Notes: generated by a model not told the origin, from the sequence alone. 64,000 bases of DNA from Mobula hypostoma (GCF_963921235.1 NC_086097.1:9424001-9488000), one strand, 5' to 3'; shown: positions 1 through 12,410, counted from the first letter of the stretch. Program-made: numbers and translations.

Positions 1-253
1 TGTGACCTGCTGCATGCTTATTTTTATTTAGGACTTCAAGCATTTTCAGATTGGCTAACATTTTTCAGCAGTGAAATTCAAGTATCTGATAGCACTCACT
101 GATGCTTTCTGCAACGTCAGATTGGGTGAGCGAGAAATGTTTTGAAAGAGCCATTAAGTGAGTAAATTCAGCATGCCACATTTGCGTACAAAGATTCCAA
201 AAAGCTTGCAATTGGAATGTTGACCAGTTTTGGTGAATGGCTAATCAGAAACC

Positions 254-666
254 AAGAGGTTCTGCAGATACTGGAAATCCAGAGCAACAAACACAAAATA
301 CTAGAGGAACTCAGTAGCTAAGGCAGTATCCATTGAAATGTATAAACCAGGGTGCCACTCTTACATTTTCTTTTCTCTTCCCCTGCCCATCATCTCACTC
401 TGGTGTCTCTCCTCCTTTCCTTTGTCCCATGGTCTGGTCCATTCTCCTCTCCTATCAGATTCTTTCTTCTTCAGCCCTTTACGCTGTTCATTCAGCACCT
501 CCCAGCGTCTTGTTTCGTCCTCCTCCACCCACCTTCTTATTCCGGCATGTTCCCCCTTCCTTTCTGGTCCTGAAGCAGGGTCTCAGTCCAAGATGTTGAC
601 CATTTATACCTCTACATAGATGATGCCTGACTTGCTGAGTTTCTCCAGTATTTTGTCTGTGTTGCT
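254..666 (+). mobile_element. Penelope-like element (PLE) terminal fragment with inverted arms and a decayed hammerhead motif
   Basis: Left arm ctgcagatactggaaatccagagcaac...gaggaactcag is inverted relative to the right arm (~600-666). It has a pyrimidine-rich tract like that at 49900-50130 and a hammerhead relic tggtc-ctgaagca...gacca at 565-602. Confidence 0.75.
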
Positions 667-754
667 TTTAAAGAATAGTCACTTCCCTAAAATACTGTAT
701 TAATTAAGTTTGCTTTCCCATAAATGCTCTGCCGTACTGAATTTAAAGTCGTAA

Positions 755-1030
755 CAACACTTATATTCCTTCTGGGTCACCTCCAAACTGATGGCATGAA
801 TATTGATTTCTCCTTCCGGTAAAATATTTTTCCCCACTCTGGTCCCTTACCACTTCACCTTCCAGCTATTCTCCATCCCCTCCCCCCACCTTTTTATTCT
901 GGCATCTTCCCCCTTCCTTTCCAGTCCTGGAGTAGAATCTCGGTCCAAAACATTTACTGTTTGCTCATTTCCATCGACGCTGTCTGAGCGGCTGCGTTCC
1001 TCCAACATTTTCTGTGCGTTGCTTTGGATG
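755..1030 (+). mobile_element. PLE 3' fragment
   Basis: ctccaaactgatggcatgaatattgatttctcc encodes LQTDGMNIDFS, the same C-terminus as at 49860-49895. It is followed by a decayed hammerhead (922-959) and the terminal repeat. Confidence 0.75.
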
Positions 1031-1235
1031 AATTGTCACTTCCCTAAATTATTGATTGAGTTTGTTCTCTCATAAATGCCCTCTGTTGTACGGATCTTAG
1101 AGCATTAGAGTTATGCAGCATGGAAGCAGGCCGATTGGCCCAACACATCCAAATGGAACAAGTTGCCGACATGAGCTGGACTTATTCACCTGCATTTGGT
1201 CCATTTTACTCTGAAACTTTCTTATTTATGCACTT

Positions 1236-1522
1236 ATTTATTTATTTATTGAGATATCGCATGGACTAGGCCCTTCCAGTCCTTCAAGCTGCACCACAGG
1301 GCAATCCCCCAATTTAATCCTATTCTAACCACAGGGCAATTTACAATGAACAACTAACCTACCAAGCGATATGTCTTTGGACTGTGGGAGGAAGTCAGAG
1401 CATCTGAAGGAAACACAAGCAGTCATGGGGAGAACGTAAAAACTCCTTACAGGTAGTGATGGGAATTGAACCCAGGTTGCCTGTACTGTAAAGTGTTAGG
1501 CTGAGAACTACACTACTGTGCC
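1236..1522 (-). mobile_element. tRNA-derived V-domain SINE (HE1-like)
   Basis: On the minus strand: B-box ggttcaattccc, V-domain ...cttcctcccacagtccaaagac, and an A-rich tail. Confidence 0.8.
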
Positions 1523-1526
1523 ATGT

Positions 1527-2070
1527 CATATCAGAATCAGAATCCTTTATTACTGCCAAGTATGTGGACACATACAGGGAATTTGATGCCAATTTCCCTG
1601 AGCTCTCGCTGTACAGAATCAAAAAGCAAACAAAACAATAGCGCAAATAATTGTGAACTATATACAATGAGGTATACCTGTGTATGTACAGGTGGACTTG
1701 GTTTATAACAGACTAAAATTCAAGTGTTCATAAGACTGATGGCATACGGAAAGAAACTGCCCTTGTACCTATTTGTCCTGGCATAGTGATCTAAAGCGCC
1801 TACCAGAAGGAAGGAGTTGGAACAGGTGATGTCCAGGGTGTGATGGATCTACAATGATGCTGCTTGCTCGCTTCCTGACTCTAGATGCATATAAGTCCTG
1901 GATCGAGGGCAGCTTCACACCAATAATCCTTTCTGCAGCCCTGACGGTTCTTTGGAGCCTATTCTTGTCTTGTTTGGTAGCTGATCCAAACCAGACAGTG
2001 ATGGATGAACAGAGAACAGACTGGATTATTCCTGAATAGAATTGAATCAGCAGCTCCTGAGGCAGGTTTA
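1527..2070 (-). mobile_element. Rex1/Babar LINE 3' fragment
   Basis: Minus strand encodes LFQLLPSGRRFRS and ends in a (GATTCT)n tail. Confidence 0.75.
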
Positions 2071-2074
2071 CTCC

Positions 2075-2415
2075 TAGGCGATCATGGTCTATCCATGACC
2101 ATGATTGTTCTTGGCAAATTGTCGATAGAAATGATTTGCCATTGCCTTCTTCTGGGCAGTGTCTTTACAAGATGGATGAACCCAGTCATAATCATAACTC
2201 CTCAGAGATTATCTCCCTGGTGTCCGTGGTCACATAGCCAGGACTTGTGATATGCACCAAATGCTCATACGACCATCCACCTCTGCTTCATGTGACTGTG
2301 ATTGGGGTGGGGTGGGGGAGGGCACAAGCAGGTGCTACTTCTTGCCCAGGCTAGCGGAGGGAAGGAGTTCCTTACACCTCCTTTGGTAGAGACATATCTC
2401 CACCCCGCACCCACC
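2075..2415 (-). mobile_element. RTE-related non-autonomous element or SINE
   Basis: Contains tttgccattgccttc, the reverse complement of the RTE-type GAAGGCAATGGCAAA motif. Homologous to 9440-9902. Confidence 0.6.
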
Positions 2416-3132
2416 TGTGACTATATAACTCTAAAAAGCAGCGATAATAAACTTGATTCTGATTTCATTCAGATTCTAATGTGGGAACTTTTTTTAAACA
2501 AGGAGATCTTTTGCAGACAATTAAATTACAATTCTCAGAAGCAATATATCATGCCTGGTTCTACCAAATGCTGCCAATATTCTTTTGAAAAGCCTTTTCA
2601 TCTGAAGCTTAAATTGAAGACTTTTGTCTTGTGAAAGACTGAAGTTAATGGCTGGAGGAGGGAGGGTCGAAAAGGGGCAAGTTCTTCTTTAATGATCCCA
2701 CTCACGGTGGTTTCTGTTGAGTGACAGATTGACAGGCAGAGCTGAAATGCAAGAAGGCACTTTAACTTCAGCAGAGGAGGCAGAATTAAATGGATTCTGT
2801 CCAGGTGACTACCACCTTCAATCTTACAGCTGATTCCACTTAGATGGGTATTTGTAAAGCGAATGTTTGTGCAGGGAACAAATTGAAAACTAAAAGCAAT
2901 TTTCCGTGTTGTACCATCATAACCATCGCAGAATACTAAATACCCTCAACTCTGCTGTTACAGAGATGGCACTGCTTCGCAATTTACTCCAGTCAAATTG
3001 CCTTCTATCATGGTTCATGGCTTCCTTGCTGAAATGTGTAAATGCCTGAGCATATTAAAAGTTGTTTTTCTTGTTTCACCAGCCCCTACCTTCTCCCCAG
3101 TCAACAATGTCATCAAAGAAAAATGCCTACAA

Positions 3133-3590
3133 GGCACACGGTAGCATAGAGGTTAGCGTGACGCCACTACAGTTCGAAGTATGAAGCTCAATTTCGGCGC
3201 CATCTGTAAGGAGTTTGTACGTTTTCCTTGTGAATACAGAGATTTCCTCTGGGTGCTTGGATTTCATCCCACAGTTGAAAGACATACCAATTAGTCAATT
3301 CACAAACATGAGAAAATCTGCAAATGCTAGAAATCCTTGCATATACACAAAATACTGGAGGAACTCAGCAGGCCAGGCAGCATCAATGGCAATGAATAAA
3401 GACTCATAAGTCCTGATGAAGGATCTCAAGCCTGAAAAGTTGACTGCTTACTCTGATCTGTAGGTTAATTGATTTTTGTAAATTACTCTATGATTAGTCT
3501 AGTGTCAAATTGGTGGGTTGCCGGGCATGTTGGGATAGAAGGGCCTGTTCCACACTTTAGCTCTGAATAAAATTTAAAAACTAAAGTAAA
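3133..3590 (+). mobile_element. V-domain SINE interrupted by a PLE-hammerhead unit (~3297-3459)
   Basis: tRNA-like head and V-domain. The SINE body resumes at gtaggttaattg after the insert, which carries ctgatga...gaaa at 3409-3445. Confidence 0.75.
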
Positions 3591-3702
3591 ATAAATGAAT
3601 ATGTAATACAAAAATCAAGATTGATACAAAATTTGGAATAGAAACTGGATCTCATTCAGTCTCGAAATGGGTGGGCTTCAGCAGCAAGAGATGACAAATG
3701 TA

Positions 3703-3759
3703 CACTCAGTGGCCACTTTATTAGGTACAGGAGATATCTAATAAATTGGCCTCTGTGTG
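3703..3759. mobile_element. Short palindromic Tc1/mariner-type MITE
   Basis: TA-cactcagtggccactttattag ... ctaataaattggcctctgtgtg form imperfect inverted termini. Confidence 0.6.
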
Positions 3760-3827
3760 TTTTAAATATTATCCATCGTGAGTAGGTGAGTGGTAAAATC
3801 AGAAGGGTGGGGATTTGATGAGAACAG

Positions 3828-4400
3828 GGGTTGCGACGGTAGAGTAGCGGTTAGCACAACACTATTTCAGCTCAGGGCATCAGAGTTCAGAGTTCGATTC
3901 CGACATTGTCTGTAATGAATTTGTACGCCTTCACTGTGAACGCATGGGTTTCTGCCGGGTGCTCCAATTTCCTCCCATAGTCCAAAGATGTATCGGTTAT
4001 TAAGCTGATTCGTTATTATAAATTGCCCTGTGATTGACACTCATCTGTCTCTAGGGACTATGGGTGCAAGCCTGGGCAGAAGATATAGAGATTCTGAGAT
4101 GCCCAGTCATTAATATTCCCTTCTGAGCCTCACCAGTGTAATCCAAAGGAAACCAAAACAACACATTTGACACCAGCTTGGCCGCAGGACCTGCTGGAAG
4201 GATGTTCAGTTTTGTCCAGCTGCCTTAGGGCCTCCACTCCAGCTTTTCTGTCTGGGTTTACTCCCGTAGCCTTTGTACCTCCCAAGGCTTGCCCACAAGG
4301 CAAATGATTAGGCCCAGGTTAAATAGGTGGGTTGTTGAATGGCATGGCGTGTTGGGCCAGAAGAGCCTGTTCCACACAGTGTCTCTCTAGTAAAATAAAC
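3828..4400 (+). mobile_element. V-domain SINE carrying an RTE-type insertion (4036-4304)
   Basis: B-box gagttcgattcc and V-domain. The insert is flanked by TGATT at 4031-4035 and 4305-4309. Confidence 0.75.
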
Positions 4401-5114
4401 TACCATCTCCCCAATCAACAACATCAAAGAAAAATGCCTGCAAGCATTATTTCACATTCATTAGTGTGTTCAATTCTTACTTCAGGATGTATCTCAGTTC
4501 AACAGTGACACTGGGCACTCCTGTTATCTCCCACAGTCCAAAGACGTACCGGTTAGCGTTAGTGAAGTGTTGACATACGATGTTAGCATCATAAATGTGA
4601 CAATACTTACGGATAGCTTAGTACAATCCTTGATGACTTTAATTTGAGACTAATGGCGCCTTTCACTGAATGTATCCATGTATGTGTGACAAATAAAGCT
4701 AATCATTTAACCTTTAATATTCACCATTCCACCATCATTCTCACTGATACCTCGAATGTCACCCTCACTATTCTGTTCATCTCCAACTTTTACCACCGTC
4801 CACATTGTTGCCCTCTTCTCCATCCTCATGAGTTTCGTCCTCATCTGTATCACTATCTTCATCATCACCCTGTTCCCCCATTCAGATCACCATGCTCATC
4901 ATCCTCATCTTCAATCTCATTACTATTCCCATCCCATTTTTACCTGTTGCATCATCTCATCCTCAGATCCACAATGAATATCAGTGTTACAAAGATGGAG
5001 TCTGGTGGTAAAAAATAACCACCACAACCACCCAGGCCATGCTCTCTTACCATTGGAGCCCTGGATCCCACATCAGCAGGTTCAGGAACAATTATTATCC
5101 CATAGTCATCGGTT

Positions 5115-6740
5115 GAATCTTTGGAGTCTTTGTTCATATTTCTCACAACATTTTCAAGATGTTTCAACTGTTTTAAGTTCTTTACTTGATTTTCAAAAGT
5201 TCTTAAATGCTTCTAAACATCATTGGATGTACAGGAGGTTTTGAAAATGTTAACTACCTTGAGAGACAGTAAAAAGTGACAGGTCAAATCTTTTACCAGC
5301 TATCTCTTTAGACTGCCCATGTAACCAGATTATACCTACAGGAGCTTGTCACCATGTACAACCTTGCTTAAGAGAAACTGAGTGCTATTGTGCAGCGAGT
5401 AATGTGTCTCATAATCTTATAAATAGCTATCAGATCTCCCTCAGCCTTCTTGAAAGTTCTTCTATAAACTGTATGAACTCTACAGAGAGGAATATCCTGA
5501 GATTTCTTCTCATTAGAGAAGGCCATTTGATTGACTGAGTTTATGTTTTCTCTTATATTGATCTCATTCTACCACTTTATTTCCCTGATAGTTATTCTCT
5601 CACACACGCCCATGAACTCCACCTGCGTTAGGGGTAATAAACTCACCTATTTATCTCACAACCAATATGTCTTTGGGATGATTTTTGCAAAAAAAGTGTA
5701 TAAACTTCATACATGCAGTACTAGAGGAATCTGTCATTTCAAATTCCATTTCAGAGACTTGAACACTAAAGTGACAATGAATGAGTTACTGGTCTGTTGG
5801 AGGAGACTTCAATGATAGCACCAATCTGGCCTTTAATCTGGGCATAAAAACTAGACCCTATTTTAAAAATACTGCAGTTTGCCTGGCCGATAGTCATCAT
5901 TCAATTTCTTAATTAAAACTGTCTAACACTCATTGAAGGTACCTTAAAACATAGAATATAAAACAGGACAGCTCAAGAAAAGGCCTTTCAGCCCACAAAG
6001 TTGTGCCAATCCAATCAAATGGCTAACTAAACAAATCCCTTCTGCCTACACAACGTCCATATCATTCCATTTTCCTCACATTCCAGGGCCTATCTAAACA
6101 TTTTTTAAAGGTCTCTGATGTATCTGCCTCGACCACCACCCCAGGCAGCACGTTCCAGGCACCCACCACTCTCTGTGTAAAAAAAACACTTGCTCCTCAC
6201 ATCTCCTTTAAAATTATTCCCTCCCACCATAAATGCAGACTCTCTGGTATTAGACATTTAATCCCTGGGAAAAACTTACTTTCCATCTACTGAAGGAAAG
6301 GGTCAAGGACTTCTTGCTTAATGGTAATGGTTCATGGCATAACAAAGTTGGGAACCCCTGGTCTCATGTACCTATACCTCCGATAACCTTATAAACCTCA
6401 GCCGTTGCTGCTCACCAGCAGAGTTGCGAACTTAGCAAAACCAAACCTGCAAGGCATTACTTGCTGAACAATAACACTCGTAGTCTCTTAAACAAGGCCA
6501 TACATTGTAACAGAGTCCTGTAGGGGTAATCTGGTTACATGGGCAGTCTAAAGAGATAACTGATAAAAGATCTGTCGCATTGCTTTACTGTCTGTCAAAG
6601 CAGTTAACATTTTCAAACTCCACTGTACATCCTGATATTTAGAAGCATTTAAAAACCTTTTAAAATCAAGTAACTAACTTAAAAAAGTTTAAACATCTTG
6701 AAAAATTTGTGAATATGAAAAACAAATCCAAAAAAATTCA
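5115..6740. repeat. Long imperfect inverted repeat (arms ~5115-5404 and ~6455-6740)
   Basis: For example, tatctctttagactgcccatgtaaccagatta (~5301) is the reverse complement of taatctggttacatgggcagtctaaagagata (~6527). The similarity is collinear over about 280 bp. Confidence 0.85.
5945..6400 (-). mobile_element. CR1-type LINE 3' fragment
   Basis: Similar to the CR1 3' ends at 62757-63295 (caccaccactctctgtgtaaaa; aacatagaa tail). Confidence 0.65.
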
Positions 6741-7614
6741 TAGAAATAACTTCAAATATTATAGCAAACATAAATAATTAACATGCCATATTTTCATCTA
6801 TCTTCCTCATTCCATTCAACTCTCCACTCAAAAGATTGGGCAGATGATCCTGAATGGTGTGCACTGCTGTCAGCAGGAGGCCCCCGTACTCGAACGATCT
6901 TGACCTCTCCTTCTCTCTCCCCCCTCCTCTTCTCCGTTTCCAGTCCCCAAGCCAGGGGGGCTTCGATGCAAAGCAGGAGGTTGTAAAATTGGAACTGCGA
7001 GTTGTTGGTCTGCCGTTCTAGCAAGTGAGAACCTGTCTGAGATATCCAAATATTGGGATATGGACTGTAGTTTTTGACTGACTCGGATCAAGGTCTCTTT
7101 GGAGGGTTTTTGCTATTGCTTGCATAGTAGGGGAGAAGAGGTGGGGTTGGTGCTTTTGCTAGTGCAAGTGGGGGGAGAGTCAATGCTGCTGCTGGTGTCA
7201 GGAGGGGGAGAAGGGGATTTGTAGCTCTGATGTCACCATCATTAATTTTTTGAGGTTTCTTGTTTCATAGATGTCTTTGTGAAGAGTAAGAATTTCAGGC
7301 TGCATATTGTATACATTCTCTGATATTAAATTGAAACCATTTTAAATTTGAGTTTAACCTGACACACTCTCTGCACGTAGACTCCTCAGCCCATGAGCTG
7401 GGAAAACCCAGCCAATTCCCCTTGCAGTCAAATGGCAACATGCAGCCAGGAAGTTGGTCATGAAGTTCAGCTAGGACCTTCAAGGCCTGCCCAGATTTGA
7501 ACTTGGTAGCACTTGTAGGCTTAATTTCCAGCAGTTTCCCACAGAAATGCTTGCAGCTCTCTGCAAGTTCTAATCTATTTGTTGTCCTTTTGATATTGCT
7601 GGCCATGCTATTTG

Positions 7615-8186
7615 CAGACATCCCACCCTGCAAAAACTCATTTCAGGGGGGTAGCACCATCAATTTGCGGGAGAATCCCAGAACTTCCGGGAGATGGGAT
7701 GTCTGCAATAGAGTAGCTCCTTCGGAGCTAGCCAACTAGTTTAAATAACATTAGCTATGCTAATGAACGAATGACACCTATTAAACTCACCTCAACATGT
7801 CTTTTACAGTCTTAACCTACCATGGGCAATAGAAAAGTCACTGTTGCAAACAGTGCAGCGAGCAACACCGTCATTATTTCTGGCCCCTATTAGGCAGGGG
7901 TACACTTTAGTGTAGTCTGGGGTGACGTATGTTTTATATTTTCTTTTTTTGGAACACTCTGCCATGGCGCAGTCTCTCTATCTCGTGCACGCTCTCTTGC
8001 TCTCACTCTCGCTCACTCCCTCTCGCTCTCTCGCTCTCTCTCGCACTCTCTCTTGCTCTCTCTCGCTCGCTCGCTCGCTCTCAAAAAAATCGATTTCCGG
8101 GATATTGTATATAATTTGCGGGCAGCAGGGAGCCACTGTCAATATGCGGGAGACTCCTGGAACTTGCGGGAGAGGTGGGATGTCTG
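7615..8186. mobile_element. hAT-like MITE with a duplicated internal terminus
   Basis: TIRs cagacatcccacc / ggtgggatgtctg, an internal copy of the TIR at ~7695-7707, flanking TATTTG on both sides, and an internal (CT/CGCT)n tract. Confidence 0.75.
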
Positions 8187-8191
8187 TATTT

Positions 8192-8485
8192 GGGTGCTAT
8201 GGTAGCACAGTGATTGGCAGGATGCTATTACAGCTTGGGGCGTCACAGTTTGGATTTCAATTCTGGCATCCTCTGTAAGAAAGTTTCTCTTCCTGTGTGT
8301 GCTTGGATTTCCTCCTGATATTCTGGTTTCCTCCTACATTTGAAAGACATACCAATTCTAAGTTAATTAGTCACTGTAAATTGTCCTGTGATTAGGCTGG
8401 AGTTAAATAGTTTGGTTGCTGGGTAGTGCAGCTCATTGGGCCAGAAGAACATGTTCTGCTGTATTGCTAAATAAATAAAATAAAT
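8192..8485 (+). mobile_element. V-domain SINE
   Basis: Decayed tRNA head, V-domain and aaataaa tail, collinear with the other copies. Confidence 0.7.
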
Positions 8486-9439
8486 AGCAGCTGTATTTCC
8501 TATAACTCCAAAGTCAATATACTTCAATAAAGTATACATTTGACCATAAAAGTTTTAGGTACTTCCTGTGATCATGAGAAGCGTAAGTCCACCAATATTA
8601 ATATAATAACTGTTCAGACCAGTTTAAAATATTTGGCTCCATGTATTTGAGAAAATATTAACAAGTCTGCTTCCTGTTCATTCTTCATCATCATTAGGCC
8701 TACATGGCAACCTTTGTCAACAGGATTAAATAAAATAACAAGAACAATTTAATAATAGATCTTCAGGTTTCAAAGTCATAAGATCTTTTTCTTCTAAAGG
8801 TCTGCCAGATTAAAGTATAAGATAATGAAAGCATCAATTTTAATTTAAAGTCAGATGGATGGGAAATAAGTCAGGAATGGCATTTACAGGTCTCCATCAT
8901 GTATCTCCTTGGAGCACAAGCATTTGAAGTTGGGCTTAACCTAACAAAATCTCAGATAGTGGCAGAGTCAATTAATTTTAATTAAAGAAAAAGCAACAAG
9001 GAGAAAGGACACAAAATACTTCAAATAGCTATTCAGCCAGATTTATGGGCAAGGTCTTCCCCAGAGTGGGAACCAAAGGGCTCTTTCCTTCCCAAGCTTG
9101 GATTTAAATTGATTAAAGAAATGAGATAAAAAAAAAAATCTGACTCACTTATTGCTAATAAAAGTGGAATTACAACAGGCTGTAGCTTAATATTTCCACC
9201 TTGTTTTATGTACTAGTTGCCCTGGGTTGAAGCTTATTTTCTACTATAGCCTTTAGCAGATCAATTAAATCTGGAACTCTGGCAGAAAACAGCAGATGCA
9301 AGCCTGTTTCGAACTGGCTTCCTTACTGCACAGTTTATGTTCTCGATGGGACTCATTTCTCTCTTTGAAGTTGAAGAAGCTCTTATTAAAAAGCAAGATG
9401 CCATTTTCTTGTGTTATGAGGCAAAATAAACAGCTCTAT

Positions 9440-9902
9440 AGCATCATCATCAGCACCATTATGTGCCGTGTTACATGGGCAATCATGGGCTCATTTTTCT
9501 GCAGAAGTGGTTTGCCATTGCCTTCTTCTAGGTGGCATCTTTTGAAGCAACACTCACAGCACGCTGGAGGATCTCAGCACGTCGGGCAGCATCTGTGGAA
9601 ACGATCAGTCGACGTTTCAGGCCGGAACACTTCGTCACCCTTCTTTAGAAGATGGGTGACCCTAGCCACATTATCAACACGCTCTAGAGATTGTCTGCCT
9701 GGCGTCAGTGGTCACATAACCAGGACGTGTGATATGCACCAGCTGCTCATACAACCATCCACCACCTGGTCTCATGGCCTCACATAACCCTGATCAGTGG
9801 TGGGGGGGGGGGGCACGGAGAGCTAAGCAAGTGCCACACCTCTCCCAAGGGTAAAGGGAAGGAGTGCCTTATACTTCCTTTGATAGAGAAGTATCTCCAC
9901 CC
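9440..9902 (-). mobile_element. RTE-related non-autonomous element with a PLE-hammerhead insert (9543-9641)
   Basis: Has the gaagtggtttgccattgccttc motif and is homologous to 2075-2415. The insert is flanked by TCTTT. Confidence 0.65.
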
Positions 9903-9929
9903 CTAAAGTGTAAAATAGTTTTACATTCC

Positions 9930-10680
9930 AGAAAAAGATGGCACCAGCAAAATAAGTCACCGAGGACATTTCACAAAGCCACTCTTTCACTTCCGTTGCA
10001 TCTTTTTTTTTCTTTCAAATGTTCTGCTTCTGTTGGAGCCTGTGATCTACATGCTGGTGGTGTGATTTTGGTCTGATAGAGCAGTCTGGTGCTTTGCTTC
10101 CTCTGAGAGTATTCCATGAGGCTTGCTGCCTCAAGGCCAAGAACCCTGGAGATGGCACATGAGCCCATGACTGACTCCATTTCTCACCTGTTCAGTGCCA
10201 TCTAGCAGCCTGTCACTCATAGAAAGTGTCTCTCTCTTGCTCTCGCTCGCTTCAACCAAAGGAAGTTGCCTGTGCTCGCATAGTTTCTCTCTTCCTCGAC
10301 GCCGTCAAAGAATGGTGCTGGAGTCCTGGTTCATGGGCAAGGTTTAATCAACATGGTTTGTGGATTGAACTCTGTATTTCATTTTATGATCTGTTTCTGG
10401 TTTACGGTTGCAACTTTTCTGGTTGCTATTTTGGGCGATTTTGAATCAGGGCAGTCTTCAGATAACATACGTGGACCTTGCAATTTTCCCTTTTATATTC
10501 TGTGTTATTCACTCTTGTTTTTGTTTCTGTTTGCGTGATTTTTTTGTGAAGGGGGGTTGATGTTTTTCTTCAAACAGATTCCATGTTTTTCTTTGTTTCA
10601 TCACTGTCTGTGGGGAAGACAAATCTCGGGGTTGTACACTGCATGCATACATTGTTAATAAATGTACTTTGAATCTTTGA
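9930..10680 (+). mobile_element. Non-coding LINE-derived element (AAGATGGC start, Rex1-like 3' tail)
   Basis: Homologous in inverted orientation to 27520-27800 and 26720-27000. Ends aataaatgtactttgaa. Confidence 0.55.
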
Positions 10681-10980
10681 ATATTTGTCTTAGATATATT
10701 TTGTATCTGAGCTGAAGCATTGTGAGAGTATAAAAGGAAAATGATTGGCGATTGAGAAGCCTTCTCACAAACCTGTTATGTCTGTGGTTTTCAAAATACT
10801 GAATAATATCTGCTGATACTTTTTCATTTATTATGGTTGTAGACCATGTGAAGTTAATATCATATGTAAAGGATTTCCTCTGCCTGTTATTCTGAGCAAG
10901 ATTGTAAAGTCATATCAATGCTGAAGTTGTTCCTGATGCACAGTGGTCAGATAAAATCCTCACCCTGATGGGTAGAACAT

Positions 10981-12410
10981 TCAGAATCTGAATCAGGTTT
11001 ATTATCACCGGCATGTGACGTGAAATTTGTTAACTTAGCAGCAACAGTTCAATGCTATACATAATCTAGCAGAGAGAAAAAAATACTAAATAAACAAGTA
11101 AATCAATTACATATATTGAATAGCTTTTTTAAAAGCGTGCGAAAACAGAAATACTGAATATTTTTTAAAAAGTGAGATAGTGTCCAAAGATTCAATGTCC
11201 ATTTAGGAATCGGATGGCAGAGGGGAAGAAGCTGTTCCTGAATCACTGAGTGTGTGCCTTCAGGCTTCTGTACCTCCTGCTTGATGGTAACAGTGAAAAA
11301 AGGGCATGCCCTGGGTGCTGGAGGTCCTTAATAATGGATGCTGCCTTTCTGAGACACTGCTCCCTGAAGATGTCCTGGGTACTTTGTAGGCCAGTACCCA
11401 AGATGGAGCTGACTAGATTTACAACCTTCTGCAGCTTCTTTCAGTCCTGTGCAGTGTGGCAACAATGAATATCAGCCGAGACAGGTTATATAAAAACAAC
11501 CAAACATTTATTAAACACGGATAAATGATAAGGAAAAAAACAAATGAAAAACTTTAACCGGAAGTTAACAGATATGTGCAGCCGTTCACCAACTCGTCAC
11601 TTGGCTCTGGTTCTTAAAGCGTTAAATGCGAAAACAGTTCTTAAAGCGATACAGTCAGATAAAGTTCTTAAAGCGATAACTTTGAAAGTCCAACAGATTT
11701 ACACGTTCAATTGGGAGAGACTTCTCTGGAGAAGGATTTCTTCACAGACGCAACTTTACTGCTGGTTCTGTCCACAGGATTCACGATGCCGAAAATAAAC
11801 AGTTTAAATCAACTGACCTTGAATTTCTTTAGCGAGAGAGCACAGCTTTGCATGAACTCCTTGCTCTTTTTGGCAAGAGTTATCCATGATGCAGGTCGTA
11901 CTCCTCCAACAAAGACTCAATAAGGTCGATCCTTTAATAAACTGCCAAATGATGCCAACTTCTCTCGATCCTTCGGTCCTGTACTTCGATAAATTCTTCA
12001 CTCTCCCTTCTACTGTTGGATTTGGGTAAATCAACACATCTAGCAAAAATTTCCAGTCCAATAATATGGTATCTTGCAACAGAACGTAACACTCCATTTT
12101 AAAAATGAAACTGTGTCACAAAAACAAACACGCAACAGAAACAGAGATACAGCGCGTTCTACCAGGAAATCAACAAACTAAAAACCAACTGCATCACCTG
12201 GGTAGACCCTTATATACTCATTGTGTACATATCGTCACGTGACCTCACATCGGTGGGAAAATCACATCAGGTGACTTTCAAAAGTCCATTACATCATTCT
12301 CACAAAAAAAAAACACGGATCTCCTTGAGCATGTAACAGCAGTGGCTCCTCCACACCAGACAGTGATGCAGCCTGTCAGAATGTTCTCCATGGTACAACT
12401 TTGGAACGCG
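10981..12410 (-). mobile_element. Rex1/Babar LINE 3' fragment interrupted by a solo LTR
   Basis: Its 3' UTR and (GATTCT)n tail are nearly identical to 58630-58824, and its coding remnant matches 55270-55650. Confidence 0.85.
11455..12338 (-). mobile_element. Solo LTR (884 bp)
   Basis: TG...CA termini and a 4-bp TSD GCAG (11451-11454, 12339-12342). TATA and AATAAA lie on the minus strand. Confidence 0.85.

Noticed and set aside
4644..5018. His-rich ORF
   Set aside because: It is low-complexity CAT/CAC-rich sequence with no recognisable domain or splice context.
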